Shown: piece after piece, positions 34,933-48,192 of the stretch
Layout of the letters: the number at the start of each line of letters is the position of its first letter
Numbering within the stretch: the stretch's first letter is position 1
Source: an uncultured cyanobacterium
GTDB taxonomy: Bacteria > Cyanobacteriota > Cyanobacteriia > PCC-6307 > Cyanobiaceae
Assembly: GCA_963765575.1 (NCBI GenBank)
Contig: CAVXWZ010000002.1
Span: 128,001-192,000 of the forward strand
Reading direction: 5' to 3'
DNA: 64,000 bases
The notes under the pieces: model-generated
Database searches by the model: none
The model's input: only the letters and a program-made list of their open reading frames with translations
What the model was told of the DNA's origin: nothing
Program-made: the position numbers and the translations under genes

Positions 34933-35256
34933 TCATTTCTGAAACTGACCGAACTGGATCTCGTAGAGGGCGTCCTCCATGCCTCCCTGGAGCTTCAGAT
35001 CGCTGCGGGGGCTGGCCACGCAGAGCAGGGCATAGCCCTGTTGCTGGAGTTCGGCTTTGACGCCCATGGCGTCGGGCTGGTGCACCGTGCCCTCCTTGAT
35101 CAAGGCGGCGCAGGTGGTGCAGACCCCCGAACAACAGGAACTGGGCAGCGGCACAGCGGCCGCCTCCGCGGCGGCCAGAACCGTCTGGTCATCGCGGCAG
35201 GGGAAGGTGTAGGTCTCGCCTGCATAGGTGGCGACAACGGTGAAGCTGGCACTCAT
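34933..35256 (-). CDS. [2Fe-2S] ferredoxin-like protein
   Basis: SSCCSGVCTTCAA...LLCVASP; YEIQFG C-terminus. Confidence 0.9.
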   Translation of the reverse strand: MSASFTVVATYAGETYTFPCRDDQTVLAAAEAAAVPLPSSCCSGVCTTCAALIKEGTVHQPDAMGVKAELQQQGYALLCVASPRSDLKLQGGMEDALYEIQFGQFQK

Positions 35257-35294
35257 GGGTGATTGCGCATGGATTCAGGACCGCCGCGAGCGCT

Positions 35295-36062
35295 TCAGCC
35301 CGGCTGGCCCCCATCTTCCGTGATCGCCTGCCACTGACAGGGGTGGGGCGCCAGGTATTCGGGCGGGGCCTGGCCTGCGGAGGTGGGTGGAGCGGTGAGG
35401 GCGAAATCGATACTCAGCGAACAGCGCAGATCATCGGGATCGTCGTTGGCCAGCACGGCATGGTCGATGCAGGAGGGGAACAACAGCAGCAGCCCAGCCC
35501 GCGGCGCCACATCCAGCCATGGGCGGGTCCAGGCCGTGGGCGTCAGGGGGCCACCGTGGCCCACGCCCAGACCCGGCACCAGCTCATTGAGCTGGCGGGG
35601 TGGCCAGAGGCGCAGGCAGCCGCTACGGCCGCTGCCATCGCCACTGAGGTAGTAAACCGCGCTCAGATGGGCATTGGGGTGGTGGTGGCGCCCCACCACC
35701 TGTCCCGGTTCACTGAGCACGGGCCAGCAACGCTGCAGATGCAGGGCCACCCGCTGGCGATCGAAACCGAGCTGCTGGAGGTATCGGCTGGCGTGGCCGC
35801 TGAGCTCGTCGATCAGGGGGGCGAATGCAGGGTGATGCTGCAGCTGCCAGACGCCATTGAGGTCACCGGTCCAGGCGCAGCCTGGATCGGGGTTGCTCTC
35901 GGCGGCACCTCGCAGGGCATGCAGGGCCTGCAACTGCCCGGCCAGATCCAGAGGATCTGGATGCAACTGCACCTGGCCCAGAGCCAACGGAAACAGGGAC
36001 TCGATGGCCAGCACGGGAGCCCCTGAGAGCGGAGCCCCTGAGAGCGGAGATGGAGGCATCAA
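35295..36062 (-). CDS. Putative 2OG-Fe(II) oxygenase (TIGR02466-like)
   Basis: HHHPNAHLSAVYY, LLLFPSCIDHAV, R..S motif. Confidence 0.78.
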   Translation of the reverse strand: MMPPSPLSGAPLSGAPVLAIESLFPLALGQVQLHPDPLDLAGQLQALHALRGAAESNPDPGCAWTGDLNGVWQLQHHPAFAPLIDELSGHASRYLQQLGFDRQRVALHLQRCWPVLSEPGQVVGRHHHPNAHLSAVYYLSGDGSGRSGCLRLWPPRQLNELVPGLGVGHGGPLTPTAWTRPWLDVAPRAGLLLLFPSCIDHAVLANDDPDDLRCSLSIDFALTAPPTSAGQAPPEYLAPHPCQWQAITEDGGQPG

Positions 36063-36104
36063 GCGGCGTCCAGCTGGGGTCAGGGGCAGACCTCAGACGA
36101 GCCC

Positions 36105-37058
36105 TCAGACAGAGGCCGTCGAGCCGCCGACCACCTCCAGAATCTCCTGGGTGATGGCAGCCTGGCGAGCCTTGTTGTAGTCGAGGGTGAGGGTCTTGGC
36201 CAACGCCTTGGCGTTGTCGCTGGCGTTGTTCATGGCCGTCATGCGGCTGGCCAGCTCCGAGGCCGCCGCTTCCTGAAGGGAGCGCAGCAGCTGATTTTGG
36301 ACGTAGAGCGGCAACAGCGCATCGAGCAGCTGCTCGGGGCTCTGCTCGAAGATGATGTCCGCAGGCAGGGCCGGGGTCTCATTGGGCTCGTTGCCAGCCT
36401 CCACCACCAAGCGACCGGCACGGGTGGTGAGTCGGAAGATCTCATCCTCCGGCGTGGCGATGCCCTGGGGATCAAGGGGCAGGAGCGTCTGGATCACCGG
36501 CCGCGAACTCACCAGGTTGATGAACTTGGTAAAGATCATTTCCACACGGTCTGAGGAACCGGAAAGGAATCCAGCCAGGATTTCATTGGCAATTTCACCA
36601 GCCTCCTCGGCATTGGGGACCTGCTCCAGCCCGGTGAAGGTGGCTCGCACCGTGTAGGTGTCGCGGCGGTTCTGGAAGTAGGTGATGGCCTTGCGGCCGA
36701 TCAACACCAGATCAACCTTGTAGCCCTGGCCCACGAGTTCAGCGAACCGCTGCTCGGTGCGCTTGATGATGTTGGCGTTGTAGCCACCACAAAGGCCACG
36801 ATCACCCGTCACCGCCAGAAGCGTGATGCTTTCGAGGCTGCGACTGGTGAGCAGGGGGACATCGGCATCGGCGAAGCCGATGCGCGATTGCAGGTTCTCG
36901 AGCACCCGGGCGAGGCGATCGGCGAATGGGCGGCTGCGCAAGACCTGCTCCTGGGCACGCCGCACTTTGGCTGCCGCCACGAGGCGCATGGCCTCGGTGA
37001 TCTTGCGTGTGTTCTTGACCGAGCTGATGCGGTCGCGGATTTCCTTGAGATTGGCCAT
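36105..37058 (-). CDS. atpG: ATP synthase F1 gamma subunit
   Basis: [27 protein letters not shown]. Confidence 0.98.
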   Translation of the reverse strand: MANLKEIRDRISSVKNTRKITEAMRLVAAAKVRRAQEQVLRSRPFADRLARVLENLQSRIGFADADVPLLTSRSLESITLLAVTGDRGLCGGYNANIIKRTEQRFAELVGQGYKVDLVLIGRKAITYFQNRRDTYTVRATFTGLEQVPNAEEAGEIANEILAGFLSGSSDRVEMIFTKFINLVSSRPVIQTLLPLDPQGIATPEDEIFRLTTRAGRLVVEAGNEPNETPALPADIIFEQSPEQLLDALLPLYVQNQLLRSLQEAAASELASRMTAMNNASDNAKALAKTLTLDYNKARQAAITQEILEVVGGSTASV

Positions 37059-37070
37059 CGGCTGGGTTCC

Positions 37071-39242
<2,172 letters not shown>

Positions 39243-39243
<1 letters not shown>

Positions 39244-39773
39244 CAGGCGTTCCCCAGCTTCTGGATGGACTGATCAATCAGGCGCGCCTGGGCATCCCCA
39301 TCAAGCCTGCCGGGCAGGGTGGCAAGGGCCTGCTCAATGGCCTGGCGGGCGGCTTCACGGCGCAGCAGGGCCGTGACACGGGAGGCCTCGGCCTTGAGAT
39401 CGGCACTGGCGTCTTCTTTCAGCCGGGCCATCTCCTCAAGGGTGCGCTGCTGACTGTCAGAGCGCACCGCCTCGGCGCGGGCCTGGCCATCAAGGCGAAT
39501 CTTCTCGGCCTTCTGCTGGGCCGCCGCCAGGTCCTGCTGGGCCTGAGTGAGGGCGGTGGAGCCGGCCTGGAGGCGCTGCTCAGCATCGGCGAGTTCGGCA
39601 AGAATGCCCTGGCGACGGCGCTCCAGGATCCCGCCCAGAAAGCCACGCAGGAACCACACCAGAACCCCGATCACAATGATCAGGTTGATCAGGTTGGTCT
39701 CGAAAAGATTGAGATTGAGCCCGAACCCACCCTGATGAGCGAACAGGGCGGTGGTGGCGAAGGAGACACTCAT
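39243..39773 (-). CDS. atpF: ATP synthase F0 subunit b
   Basis: FETNLINL plus TM helix and coiled coil. Confidence 0.95.
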
Positions 39774-40264
39774 CAGGCTGCGAGCAGGCGATCGACGATG
39801 AGGAGGCCGAGTTGGTCGGCCTCAGAACGCAGCGAGGCCAAGGCCTCGGATTTTTCAGCTTCAATCTGGGTGCGAGCCTTTTCCCTTACGGCAATCGCTT
39901 CGGCCTGGGCGGTGGCGAGCGCAGCTCTGTAGAGCTGGTCGGCCTCCTGCTCGGCTTCAACGATCAGGGCCTGGGAGTCCTGGCGGGCCTCGCGCAACCG
40001 CTCGGCCAGATCGCCGGCCAGCCGCTCAGCCTGGGCCAGCTTCTGCTTGGCCTCGGCCCGGCTGGTGGTGATGTAGCCCTCACGCTCCTCGACCGCTCGT
40101 CCAACGGGACGGAAGAACAGGGCATTGAGGATGAAGGTGAGCAGCACCACCTGCACCGCCATCAGCGGCAGGGTGGCGTCGAGGTCAAAAAGACCCCCCT
40201 TCGAGGCATCGGTTGCTGCGCCGTTGACGGCATCAGCGGAGGCGAGCAGAAGCCAGCTGGTCAT
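39773..40264 (-). CDS. atpF2: ATP synthase F0 subunit b'
   Basis: [16 protein letters not shown]...FFRPV. Confidence 0.94.
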   Translation of the reverse strand: MTSWLLLASADAVNGAATDASKGGLFDLDATLPLMAVQVVLLTFILNALFFRPVGRAVEEREGYITTSRAEAKQKLAQAERLAGDLAERLREARQDSQALIVEAEQEADQLYRAALATAQAEAIAVREKARTQIEAEKSEALASLRSEADQLGLLIVDRLLAA

Positions 40265-40337
40265 GGGCAAGGGAGCGCCGAAATGGAAGGAGAAGCCGTC
40301 ACGAAGGGGCCGTTGTCAGCGGCCCCACGGGGCGTGA

Positions 40338-40655
<318 letters not shown>

Positions 40656-40758
40656 TCAGGGAATGGGCCCGGTTCCACCCGGACCTGCGCGCGTTGAGTT
40701 TGGCAGACGGCCTGCTCGCTGCTTCAGCAGGCGGCCGCCAGGGAGCCAGGCGAGAGGT

Positions 40759-41487
40759 TTAGTGATGTTCCTCGTGCACGGCCTCACCGATGTAGTTGGC
40801 CGCCAGGGTCGCAAAGATCAGGGCCTGAATGGCACTGGTGAACAGCCCGAGGAACATGGCAGGCAGCGGCACAATCAACGGCACCAGGAAAGCCAGAACC
40901 GCAACCACCAGTTCGTCGGCGAGGATGTTGCCGAACAGACGGAAGGAGAGCGAGAGCGGCTTGGTGAAATCCTCGATGATCTTGAAGGGGAGCATGATCG
41001 GGGTGGGATCCACGTAATACTCGAAGTACCGCAGCCCCTTTCGGCTCAAGCCGGCATAGAAATAGGAGAGAGACACCAGCAATGCCAACGCAACCGTGGT
41101 GTTGATGTCAGCGGTGGGTGCACCCAGCTCACCGTTGGGAAGTTCGATGATCCGCCACGGGATCAGGGCACCGCCCCAGTTGCACACGAAGATGAACAGG
41201 AACAGGGTGCCGATGAAGGGAAGCCAATCGCGGTAAGCCTTCTCACCGATCTGCTCGCGGGCCAGATCCCGCAGGTAGGTCCACAGATACTCCAAAAGGT
41301 TCTGCACACCGCGAGGATCGCGCTTCATGTTTCGACTTCCCAGAACCACAAGCGCGAGCAGGGCAGAGATCACCACCCACGAGCTCAGGAACACCTGGCC
41401 ATGAAGATGGAGATTGCCGAGTTGCCAGTAGAACTGCTGACCCACCTCCAGTTCGGCGAACGGAAGGGCGAGGGGCAAGGGAACCAT
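40759..41487 (-). CDS. atpB: ATP synthase F0 subunit a
   Basis: [30 protein letters not shown]. Confidence 0.97.
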   Translation of the reverse strand: MVPLPLALPFAELEVGQQFYWQLGNLHLHGQVFLSSWVVISALLALVVLGSRNMKRDPRGVQNLLEYLWTYLRDLAREQIGEKAYRDWLPFIGTLFLFIFVCNWGGALIPWRIIELPNGELGAPTADINTTVALALLVSLSYFYAGLSRKGLRYFEYYVDPTPIMLPFKIIEDFTKPLSLSFRLFGNILADELVVAVLAFLVPLIVPLPAMFLGLFTSAIQALIFATLAANYIGEAVHEEHH

Positions 41488-41501
41488 GGGAAGCGGTTGG
41501 T

Positions 41502-42002
41502 TCAGGGGGTGATGAAGGCCTGCAGCAGCAGGGCCGGTTTGTAGAGCACAAAACCGGCCAGGGCCGGCAGAATCTCGATGGCAGGCACGCGGGTAGCGGC
41601 CACCACCAGCAGGGCTGGAACCAGGATCTGAAAGCGCCCCAGGGAGCGCGAATCAGGTCCGATCCGGCCCACGCTGCGGGCCAGCAGCCGAAGATAGAGC
41701 AGGCCGCAGGTGCCACCCAGAAACAGGCTGCGGGCAGCCTGCGCACCGAACAGGGGCCAGCAGATGCCGCTGACCACGATGGTCACCAGCAGGGTGGCCA
41801 AGAGCAGACGACGCTGAAGCCGGCCATACTCATCAGGAGCGCTGAGCGCGCCTGCGGTATCGGGTCCATCGCCATTGGCTTCCACCTTGACGCCACCTGG
41901 AACGCCAGTTGTGCTCTCTGTCGCGGCCAGTGGTGTGGCGTCGGTGTGGGCGGCGATGGAAGCCTGCAAGCGCCTGGCGCAGATGCTCGCGCAACTTATC
42001 AC
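41502..42002 (-). CDS. atpI: ATP synthase protein I (Atp1)
   Basis: [20 protein letters not shown]; first gene of the atp operon; start uncertain. Confidence 0.82.
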   Translation of the reverse strand: MISCASICARRLQASIAAHTDATPLAATESTTGVPGGVKVEANGDGPDTAGALSAPDEYGRLQRRLLLATLLVTIVVSGICWPLFGAQAARSLFLGGTCGLLYLRLLARSVGRIGPDSRSLGRFQILVPALLVVAATRVPAIEILPALAGFVLYKPALLLQAFITP

Positions 42003-42008
42003 GCAGCG

Positions 42009-43208
42009 TTAGGCCACCAACTGCAACACTCCCTGCGCCATCAGGCGCCGGGCCCGGTGGCAGCGCTCGCCAGGCGCGAGCTCCAGCGGCAGCTCCCCCA
42101 GCGGGCAATGCGGAGCCGCTTCGGCGGCCCGCACCAGCTCCAGATCTTGCTGATCGATGGACAGGGGCATCAGGTCGGGGCCCAGCAATCCGGTCGCAGG
42201 CCAGCCCCAGAGGCAACGATTGCGCTGTCCCCGGGCGGCCAGCAGGGCGGCATCCTCAGCCCAGTTGTGGCGCTGCAGCGGTCCCTTGACGAGGAAGAAC
42301 TCAAAGTGGCTGATATCGGGATCGAGGTCCTCCACCAGGGCCCAGCGCTCCAGCTCCGGCAGGGCCAGGGCCCGCTCCAGCAGCTCTCCGCTGAGCAGCC
42401 GGGCGGGATCCCAGACCTGGGGGTTGGAGAAGCCGGCGAACTGCAGATCCGCGCTGGCCACGAAGGCCATCAGCCGCCGCAGGTCATAACTGCTCTCCTG
42501 GGGATGCAGGTACATATCGGCGAAATTGGCATCCGCCCTGGTATCCAGGGCCCAGCGCTGCTCGTGGTGACGGCGCAGGCGATTGGTTTCCGGCAGATCG
42601 CTGAACAGCCCGCGGCCCAGGCGCAGCCCTTCCCCATCGCCAGCCACCCCCAGACGGCAGAGGCTGCGTTGAAGGCGATGGATCTCCCAACGCCCCCCAT
42701 CGGCATACAGGAAGAGATGCAGGAGGCCCCCGGGAGCCAGCAGATCAGCCAGGGCCCGCAACCCGGCTTCCGGTTCGCGTAGGTGGTGCAGCACCCCCAC
42801 GGAATTGATGTAGTCGAATGGCCCCTGCCCGGCCAGATCCAGCAGGCTGCGCTGCTCCAGGCGCAGCTCCACCACCTGGTCGGCAGCACCGGAGCGGCGG
42901 GTGCGTTCCCGCGCCACTTCCAGGGCACCGGCGCTGATGTCCACCGCCAGCACGGAGCTGGACGGATTCAGGTGACAGAGGTAGTCGGTGCTCACGCCTG
43001 TGCCGCAGCCGGCATCGAGGATCCGCCAGGGCCGCACACCGCCCGGCGGGGGCGGCGGCAAGGCACCGTTGCAGAAGGCCTTGACGCTGTCCACACACCA
43101 ACGCCAGTTGTAGCCGGGAGGGGGACCGTCCTGCAGGGGATCGGCCGGATAGGGGAAGCGGTCGTAAAAGGCGCTCACCACCGGGGTGGCGGCATCGCTG
43201 GCTGGCAC
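42009..43208 (-). CDS. Class I SAM-dependent methyltransferase
   Basis: ILDAGCGTG, FDYINSVGVLHHL. Confidence 0.88.
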   Translation of the reverse strand: MPASDAATPVVSAFYDRFPYPADPLQDGPPPGYNWRWCVDSVKAFCNGALPPPPPGGVRPWRILDAGCGTGVSTDYLCHLNPSSSVLAVDISAGALEVARERTRRSGAADQVVELRLEQRSLLDLAGQGPFDYINSVGVLHHLREPEAGLRALADLLAPGGLLHLFLYADGGRWEIHRLQRSLCRLGVAGDGEGLRLGRGLFSDLPETNRLRRHHEQRWALDTRADANFADMYLHPQESSYDLRRLMAFVASADLQFAGFSNPQVWDPARLLSGELLERALALPELERWALVEDLDPDISHFEFFLVKGPLQRHNWAEDAALLAARGQRNRCLWGWPATGLLGPDLMPLSIDQQDLELVRAAEAAPHCPLGELPLELAPGERCHRARRLMAQGVLQLVA

Positions 43209-43333
43209 GGCTGGTGGATCGCTGCAGCGAGCATTTCACGCTGGCGGCGCCAAGGCTGCAAACATTTGTTCATCCCCTCCCGGGGCTTTCGGGGGGCAGC
43301 CGTAAGTTGACCCAGCCCGGTTCGCTCTCGTCC

Positions 43334-46300
43334 ATGACCGTGACCGCCAGCAGCGGCAGCACCAGGGTTGCTCCCCAGCGCTACGACACTCTGCCGCTGG
43401 CCAGCGTCCGTCAGGCCGAACAGGAGGATCGCTTCCCGGACGGGGGAGAACTGGGCAGCCTGATCACCTTCTTCCAGAGCGGCCAGCGGCGCGTTGAAGC
43501 CGCCCGGCGCATCACCGCCAACGCCGAGTTCATCGTCGCCAAGGCCGCCAACCGGATCTTCTCCGGCGGCACTCCGCTCTCCTATCTCGATGCCCCGCTG
43601 ACCCCCGCCTCCACGGGCCAGGGCGAGCAGCTGGCGGCAGATCAGGCCGCCTTCCAGCGCTCAGTACAGACGTTCGTGGGGGCCGCGGCGGCCCCGAAGC
43701 GGGGCAACCTGATCGGCCGGCTGCTGGAGGGTGCCGGGGGCGATGCCGACGTGCGCGTCGTTCTGCCTTCCGGCTTCAGTCCGATCGCCGTGGGGCGCTA
43801 CGGAACGGCCCGGATGAAGAAGTCGATCCGCGATCTGGCCTGGTTCCTGCGCTATGTGGGCTATGCCCTGGTGGCTGGCGATCCGAGCATCCTGGCGGTG
43901 AACACCCGCGGCCTGCGCGATGTGCTGGAAAAGGCCTGCTCCCTGGCTGCCACCAACGTGGCCCTGCAGGAGATGCGCGCCGCAGCCGCCGGTCTCTTCA
44001 AGGATGAACCGCAGACACGGGCCCTGGTGATTCAGTACTTCAACGTGCTGATCGGTGAACTGGCCGTGCCCACTCCCTCGGCTCGCCAGCGGCTGGGCAG
44101 CCCGGTGAATCAGGGCCTGCAGTTGCCGGCCACCTATGCCCTCGCTGCCCGGGGCAAGGCCCAGCGCTTCGTGATGAAGCCCGGCATGAGCGGGGCCCAG
44201 AAGGCCGAAGTGGTGCGTGCCGCCTACCGCCAGGTGTTCGAGCGCGACATCGTCAAGGGATACAGCCTGGAGGTGTGTCCGGTGGAGGCCACCCAGGTGC
44301 GCCAGGGCCAGATCTCCATGCGTGAGTTCGTACGCGCCCTCGGCCGCAGCAAGGACTACCAGAAGCAGTTCTACGGACGCTTCTCCAACAGCCGCGCCGT
44401 CGAACTGGCCTTCCGCCACTTCCTCGGACGGGGCATCAGTTCCCGCGAGGAATTCACGCGCACCTTCGACATCGTCAGCGCCCAGGGGCTGCCGGGGTTG
44501 GTGGATTCCCTGCTCAACTCCATGGAATACGCCCGGATGTTCGGGGAGGAAACAGTTCCCTTCCTCCGCGACCTCGGCGAAGAAGCCCAGGAGAGCGCCG
44601 GCTGGGGCAGCAACCGCAAACTGTTCCGCTTCAGCGCCCCCTTCGAGGGAGCCCCCCAGTACGTGACGCTCTACGCGTCCTACCGCCAGCCCCTGGCTGA
44701 TCAGCACCCCTACGGCGGCGGCAACGATCCCCTCGCCCTCACCTACGGCGCCATCTTCCCCTCAGCTACAGCGAAGGTGACCACCCGGCCGGCACCATTC
44801 AGCTACGACACCCGGCGGATCCTGATCGGCAACGGTCTGGCCCAACCGGGCCAGATGGACAGCCCCCAGTTCCGCCGGGCCAGCCCCCGCAGGGTTGGGC
44901 CCCGGGTGGTGCGGTTGCAGCAGATCGCCACCGGTGGCAATTCCGTGCCCCGGCGCGGTGGTCAGCCCAGTGTGCGCAACACCGAAAGCAGCACTCAGGC
45001 GGTGATCAACGCGGTGTATGTGCAGGTGCTCGGCACCTCCGGCTATGCCGGTGAGCGCACCAAGGTGGAGGAGATCAAGCTTGAAAATGGCGACATCAGC
45101 CTGCGGGAATTTGTGCGCCAGGTGGCACGCAGCACCGCCTTCCGCCGCCGCTACTGGAGTGGTCTTTACATCACCAAAGCCATTGAAGTGATGCACCGGC
45201 GCCTGCTCGGCCGCCCCACCTTCGGGCGCTGGGAAATCGACAGCTACTTCGACACGGCTGCCCGCAAGGGTTTCTACGGAGTCGTCGATCGGATGCTGAA
45301 CAGCCAGGAGTACAACGAATGCTTCGGCGAGGACACGGTCCCCTACGAACGGTTCATCACCCCGGCCGACCGCAACGCCCGCCAGGTCCCCACCCTCAAT
45401 GCCGGCTTCGATGCCAGCCGCTTTGTCGATCCGGTGGCTCGCCAGCGTCCTGAGACCAAGGGCGATCAGAGCCTGCGCACCACTGCCGATCTGACTCCGC
45501 GCAATCTGCCCGATCGGCGCACGGTGGTGCGAGGGGTGTGGAGCGCCAGCATCGCCGGCGGCGAATCCGCTTTGCCGGCGAGCCCTGCCAGGAGCGCCGG
45601 GCCAGGCAGCATCCGCACCAGCCCCCCCCCGGCCCGGCGCTGGCGCCCCGATCAGGCCCCAGCCGCCTGGAGCACCCCAGGCGGTGGCGGTTTCCCAGCA
45701 CCCAGTGCCCCCACCACGGTGCCCGGCGGCTGGACCAAGTCCATGGGCTCCAATCTGGCCGCCACCCCAGCGCGCCAGCCCGGAGCAGCCATGGCCCAGG
45801 CCCTGCGACCGGCTCAGCCCCAGGGCTTCAAGCGACGCCAGAGCCTGGGCCGCCCGATCCAGGTGGGACGCACCACCAATGAGGCCGACATCCAGACAGC
45901 CATCGAGGCGGTGTACCGCCAACTGCTCAACCGCTTGCCCCTTGCGGCTGAGCGGCTGGGCGACAGCGAGTCGCAGTTCCGCAACAGCCAGCTCACCGTG
46001 GCCGAATTTGTCGCCGTGGTGGCCGGCAGCGACCTGTTCCAGCAACGCCTCAACCGCCTGCCCCCCCTGCGCGCCGCCGCCGCCGCCCATCTCGCGTTGC
46101 TGGGCAGGGCTGCCCAGCCAGCCGAGTCCAGTCGCTTTCTGGCCCTGCGGACCAGCCGCGGACTGGTGGCTGCGATCGAGGAGCTGCTCGACAGCCCCGA
46201 TTACGCAGCGGCCTTCGGTCAGGACACCGTTCCCTACCTGCGCGGCCTGGCCACGAGCGACGGCATTCCCCTGCTCACGGTGAATCGCACGGCTGCCCTC

Positions 46301-46348
46301 TATGGCGGCAATGCCGGCCTGACCCCCTCGCCGAAGGGAGCGATCTGA
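43334..46348 (+). CDS. apcE: Phycobilisome core-membrane linker (LCM)
   Basis: Phycobiliprotein domain with EKACS chromophore Cys; three REP linker domains (AAYRQVF, AVYVQVL, AVYRQLL). Confidence 0.97.
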   Translation: MTVTASSGSTRVAPQRYDTLPLASVRQAEQEDRFPDGGELGSLITFFQSGQRRVEAARRITANAEFIVAKAANRIFSGGTPLSYLDAPLTPASTGQGEQLAADQAAFQRSVQTFVGAAAAPKRGNLIGRLLEGAGGDADVRVVLPSGFSPIAVGRYGTARMKKSIRDLAWFLRYVGYALVAGDPSILAVNTRGLRDVLEKACSLAATNVALQEMRAAAAGLFKDEPQTRALVIQYFNVLIGELAVPTPSARQRLGSPVNQGLQLPATYALAARGKAQRFVMKPGMSGAQKAEVVRAAYRQVFERDIVKGYSLEVCPVEATQVRQGQISMREFVRALGRSKDYQKQFYGRFSNSRAVELAFRHFLGRGISSREEFTRTFDIVSAQGLPGLVDSLLNSMEYARMFGEETVPFLRDLGEEAQESAGWGSNRKLFRFSAPFEGAPQYVTLYASYRQPLADQHPYGGGNDPLALTYGAIFPSATAKVTTRPAPFSYDTRRILIGNGLAQPGQMDSPQFRRASPRRVGPRVVRLQQIATGGNSVPRRGGQPSVRNTESSTQAVINAVYVQVLGTSGYAGERTKVEEIKLENGDISLREFVRQVARSTAFRRRYWSGLYITKAIEVMHRRLLGRPTFGRWEIDSYFDTAARKGFYGVVDRMLNSQEYNECFGEDTVPYERFITPADRNARQVPTLNAGFDASRFVDPVARQRPETKGDQSLRTTADLTPRNLPDRRTVVRGVWSASIAGGESALPASPARSAGPGSIRTSPPPARRWRPDQAPAAWSTPGGGGFPAPSAPTTVPGGWTKSMGSNLAATPARQPGAAMAQALRPAQPQGFKRRQSLGRPIQVGRTTNEADIQTAIEAVYRQLLNRLPLAAERLGDSESQFRNSQLTVAEFVAVVAGSDLFQQRLNRLPPLRAAAAAHLALLGRAAQPAESSRFLALRTSRGLVAAIEELLDSPDYAAAFGQDTVPYLRGLATSDGIPLLTVNRTAALYGGNAGLTPSPKGAI

Positions 46349-46461
46349 GCCGCTGCCACTGCGGTCCAGGAGACTGCGGCGGGAATGGCTGAGCAGACAT
46401 GGCTTTCAGAGAGGTGAGCGCGGGCTCTGGCCGCCAACGCTTGGGAGCAGCGCATCCCGTC

Positions 46462-46489
46462 AAGGCCCCGCTACCGCGGGGCCTTTTTT
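46462..46489 (+). terminator. Rho-independent terminator after apcE
   Basis: AAGGCCCCGC-TACC-GCGGGGCCTT-TTTT. Confidence 0.85.
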
Positions 46490-46757
46490 GCGAAAACGAG
46501 ATAGATCTGCCGCGGAATCAATAGATTCCAGAGGTCAACAACTGTGTGGCGATGGAGCTATCATTAACCAAGCCGAGAAGCACTGCGCTGCAACGGATCT
46601 GAGGCAAGCCTTGGCCGTGAAGAACTGTTACCGCTGCCAGGGGCTGGCGGGGGCGTTGGCACAGAATGATTCGGCGGTCGACGCGAGTCGGCCTCTTCCC
46701 TTACTCACCGGATACCGGTCACCGTCAAGGCGGCCGCTTGTTTCGAGGCAGAACTGC

Positions 46758-47243
46758 ATGAGCATCGTCTCCAACTCGATCATCAACGCGGACGCCGAAG
46801 CCCGCTATCTCAGCCCTGGCGAACTCGACCAGATCAAATCGTTTGTGGCTGCGGGCCAGCGCCGTGTGCGCGTGGCCCAGGTCCTGAGCGAGAGCCGCGA
46901 ACGCATCGTCAAGACCGCTGGCGGCGCTCTGTTCCAGAGGCGTCCCGATGTCATCTCCCCCGGCGGCAACGCCTACGGCGAGGAGATGACGGCCTCCTGT
47001 CTGCGGGACATGGACTACTACCTCCGCTTGGTGACCTATGGCGTTGTTGCCGGCGATGTCACCCCGATCGAAGAGATCGGCATCATCGGCGCCAAGGAGA
47101 TGTACCGCTCTCTCGGCACACCATTGGATGCCATGGCCGAGGCCATCCGCGAAATGAAGAACGTGGCCACGGGCATGCTGACCGGTGCTGATGCCGAAGA
47201 AGCTGGCTTCTACTTCGACTACGTCATCGGCGCCCTCTCCTGA
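46758..47243 (+). CDS. apcA: Allophycocyanin alpha subunit
   Basis: [29 protein letters not shown]. Confidence 0.97.
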   Translation: MSIVSNSIINADAEARYLSPGELDQIKSFVAAGQRRVRVAQVLSESRERIVKTAGGALFQRRPDVISPGGNAYGEEMTASCLRDMDYYLRLVTYGVVAGDVTPIEEIGIIGAKEMYRSLGTPLDAMAEAIREMKNVATGMLTGADAEEAGFYFDYVIGALS

Positions 47244-47288
47244 GGCTGCTCCACCGCCCCATTTCTTCCTACGCCTTCAGCAGGATTC

Positions 47289-47777
47289 ATGCAAGACGCC
47301 ATCACCAACGTCATCAATCAGGCCGACGTTCAGGGTCTGTACCTTGACGGCTCTGCCATGGGCCGCCTGGAGCAGTACTTCGCCAGCGGTGAGCTGCGCG
47401 TCAGAGCTGCGGCCACCATCAGCGCCAACGGCTCCGCCATCATCAAAGAAGCCGTTGCCAAGTCGCTGCTGTACTCGGACATCACCCGTCCGGGCGGCAA
47501 CATGTACACCTGCCGTCGTTATGCGGCCTGCATCCGCGACCTCGACTACTACTTGCGCTACGCCACCTACGCCATGCTGGCGGGTGACACCTCCATCCTC
47601 GATGAGCGAGTCCTCAACGGCCTCAAGGAGACCTACAACTCCCTGGGTGTGCCGATTGGAGCCACCGTCCAGTCGATTCAGGCCATGAAGGAAGTCACCG
47701 CTTCCCTGGTTGGCCCTGACGCCGGCCGCGAGATGGCCGTCTACTTCGACTACATCTGCTCGGGTCTGGGCAACTGA
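47289..47777 (+). CDS. apcB: Allophycocyanin beta subunit
   Basis: [22 protein letters not shown]. Confidence 0.97.
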   Translation: MQDAITNVINQADVQGLYLDGSAMGRLEQYFASGELRVRAAATISANGSAIIKEAVAKSLLYSDITRPGGNMYTCRRYAACIRDLDYYLRYATYAMLAGDTSILDERVLNGLKETYNSLGVPIGATVQSIQAMKEVTASLVGPDAGREMAVYFDYICSGLGN

Positions 47778-47812
47778 TCCAGAGCCTGCGGCACCCCCTG
47801 CGGATCTCTTCC

Positions 47813-48013
47813 ATGCGCCTGTTCAAGATCACGGCCTGCATCCCCTGCCCGGAGAAATCCCGCACCCAGCGGGAGCTCCAGAACACCTTCTTCACCAAGT
47901 GGGTTCCTTTTGAGAGCTGGTTCGCCGAGCAGCAGCGGATCATGAAACAGGGAGGCAAGATCCTGAAGGTGGAACTGGTCACCGGCCGCCCTCAGGTCAA
48001 TGTCGGCAACTGA
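47813..48013 (+). CDS. apcC: Allophycocyanin core linker Lc7.8
   Basis: MRLFKITAC...RTQRELQNTFFTK...EQQRIMKQGGKI. Confidence 0.96.
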   Translation: MRLFKITACIPCPEKSRTQRELQNTFFTKWVPFESWFAEQQRIMKQGGKILKVELVTGRPQVNVGN

Positions 48014-48041
48014 AGCCCTTCCCTGCTGACCATGCGTCTTG

Positions 48042-48071
48042 AGCCCGGCCCATAGCCGGGCTTTCTGTTTT
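48042..48071 (+). terminator. Probable terminator after apcC
   Basis: AGCCCGGC-CCATA-GCCGGGCT followed by TTCTGTTTT. Confidence 0.7.
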
Positions 48072-48192
48072 CCCACTCCCCGTTCGAGGCCTGCGCGCTT
48101 GTGCGGCCGTCAGATTGAGGCAGCCGGGCCTCGACAAGCCCACCCCTGGCGCGTCTCAATGGGGGCACATCGGCCCCTGCGCCAACGGCACG

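Noticed and set aside
45380..45880. Long Pro/Ala-rich segment in ApcE as an insertion or intein
   Set aside because: Lies in the variable arm between REP2 and REP3; frame intact and no intein motifs
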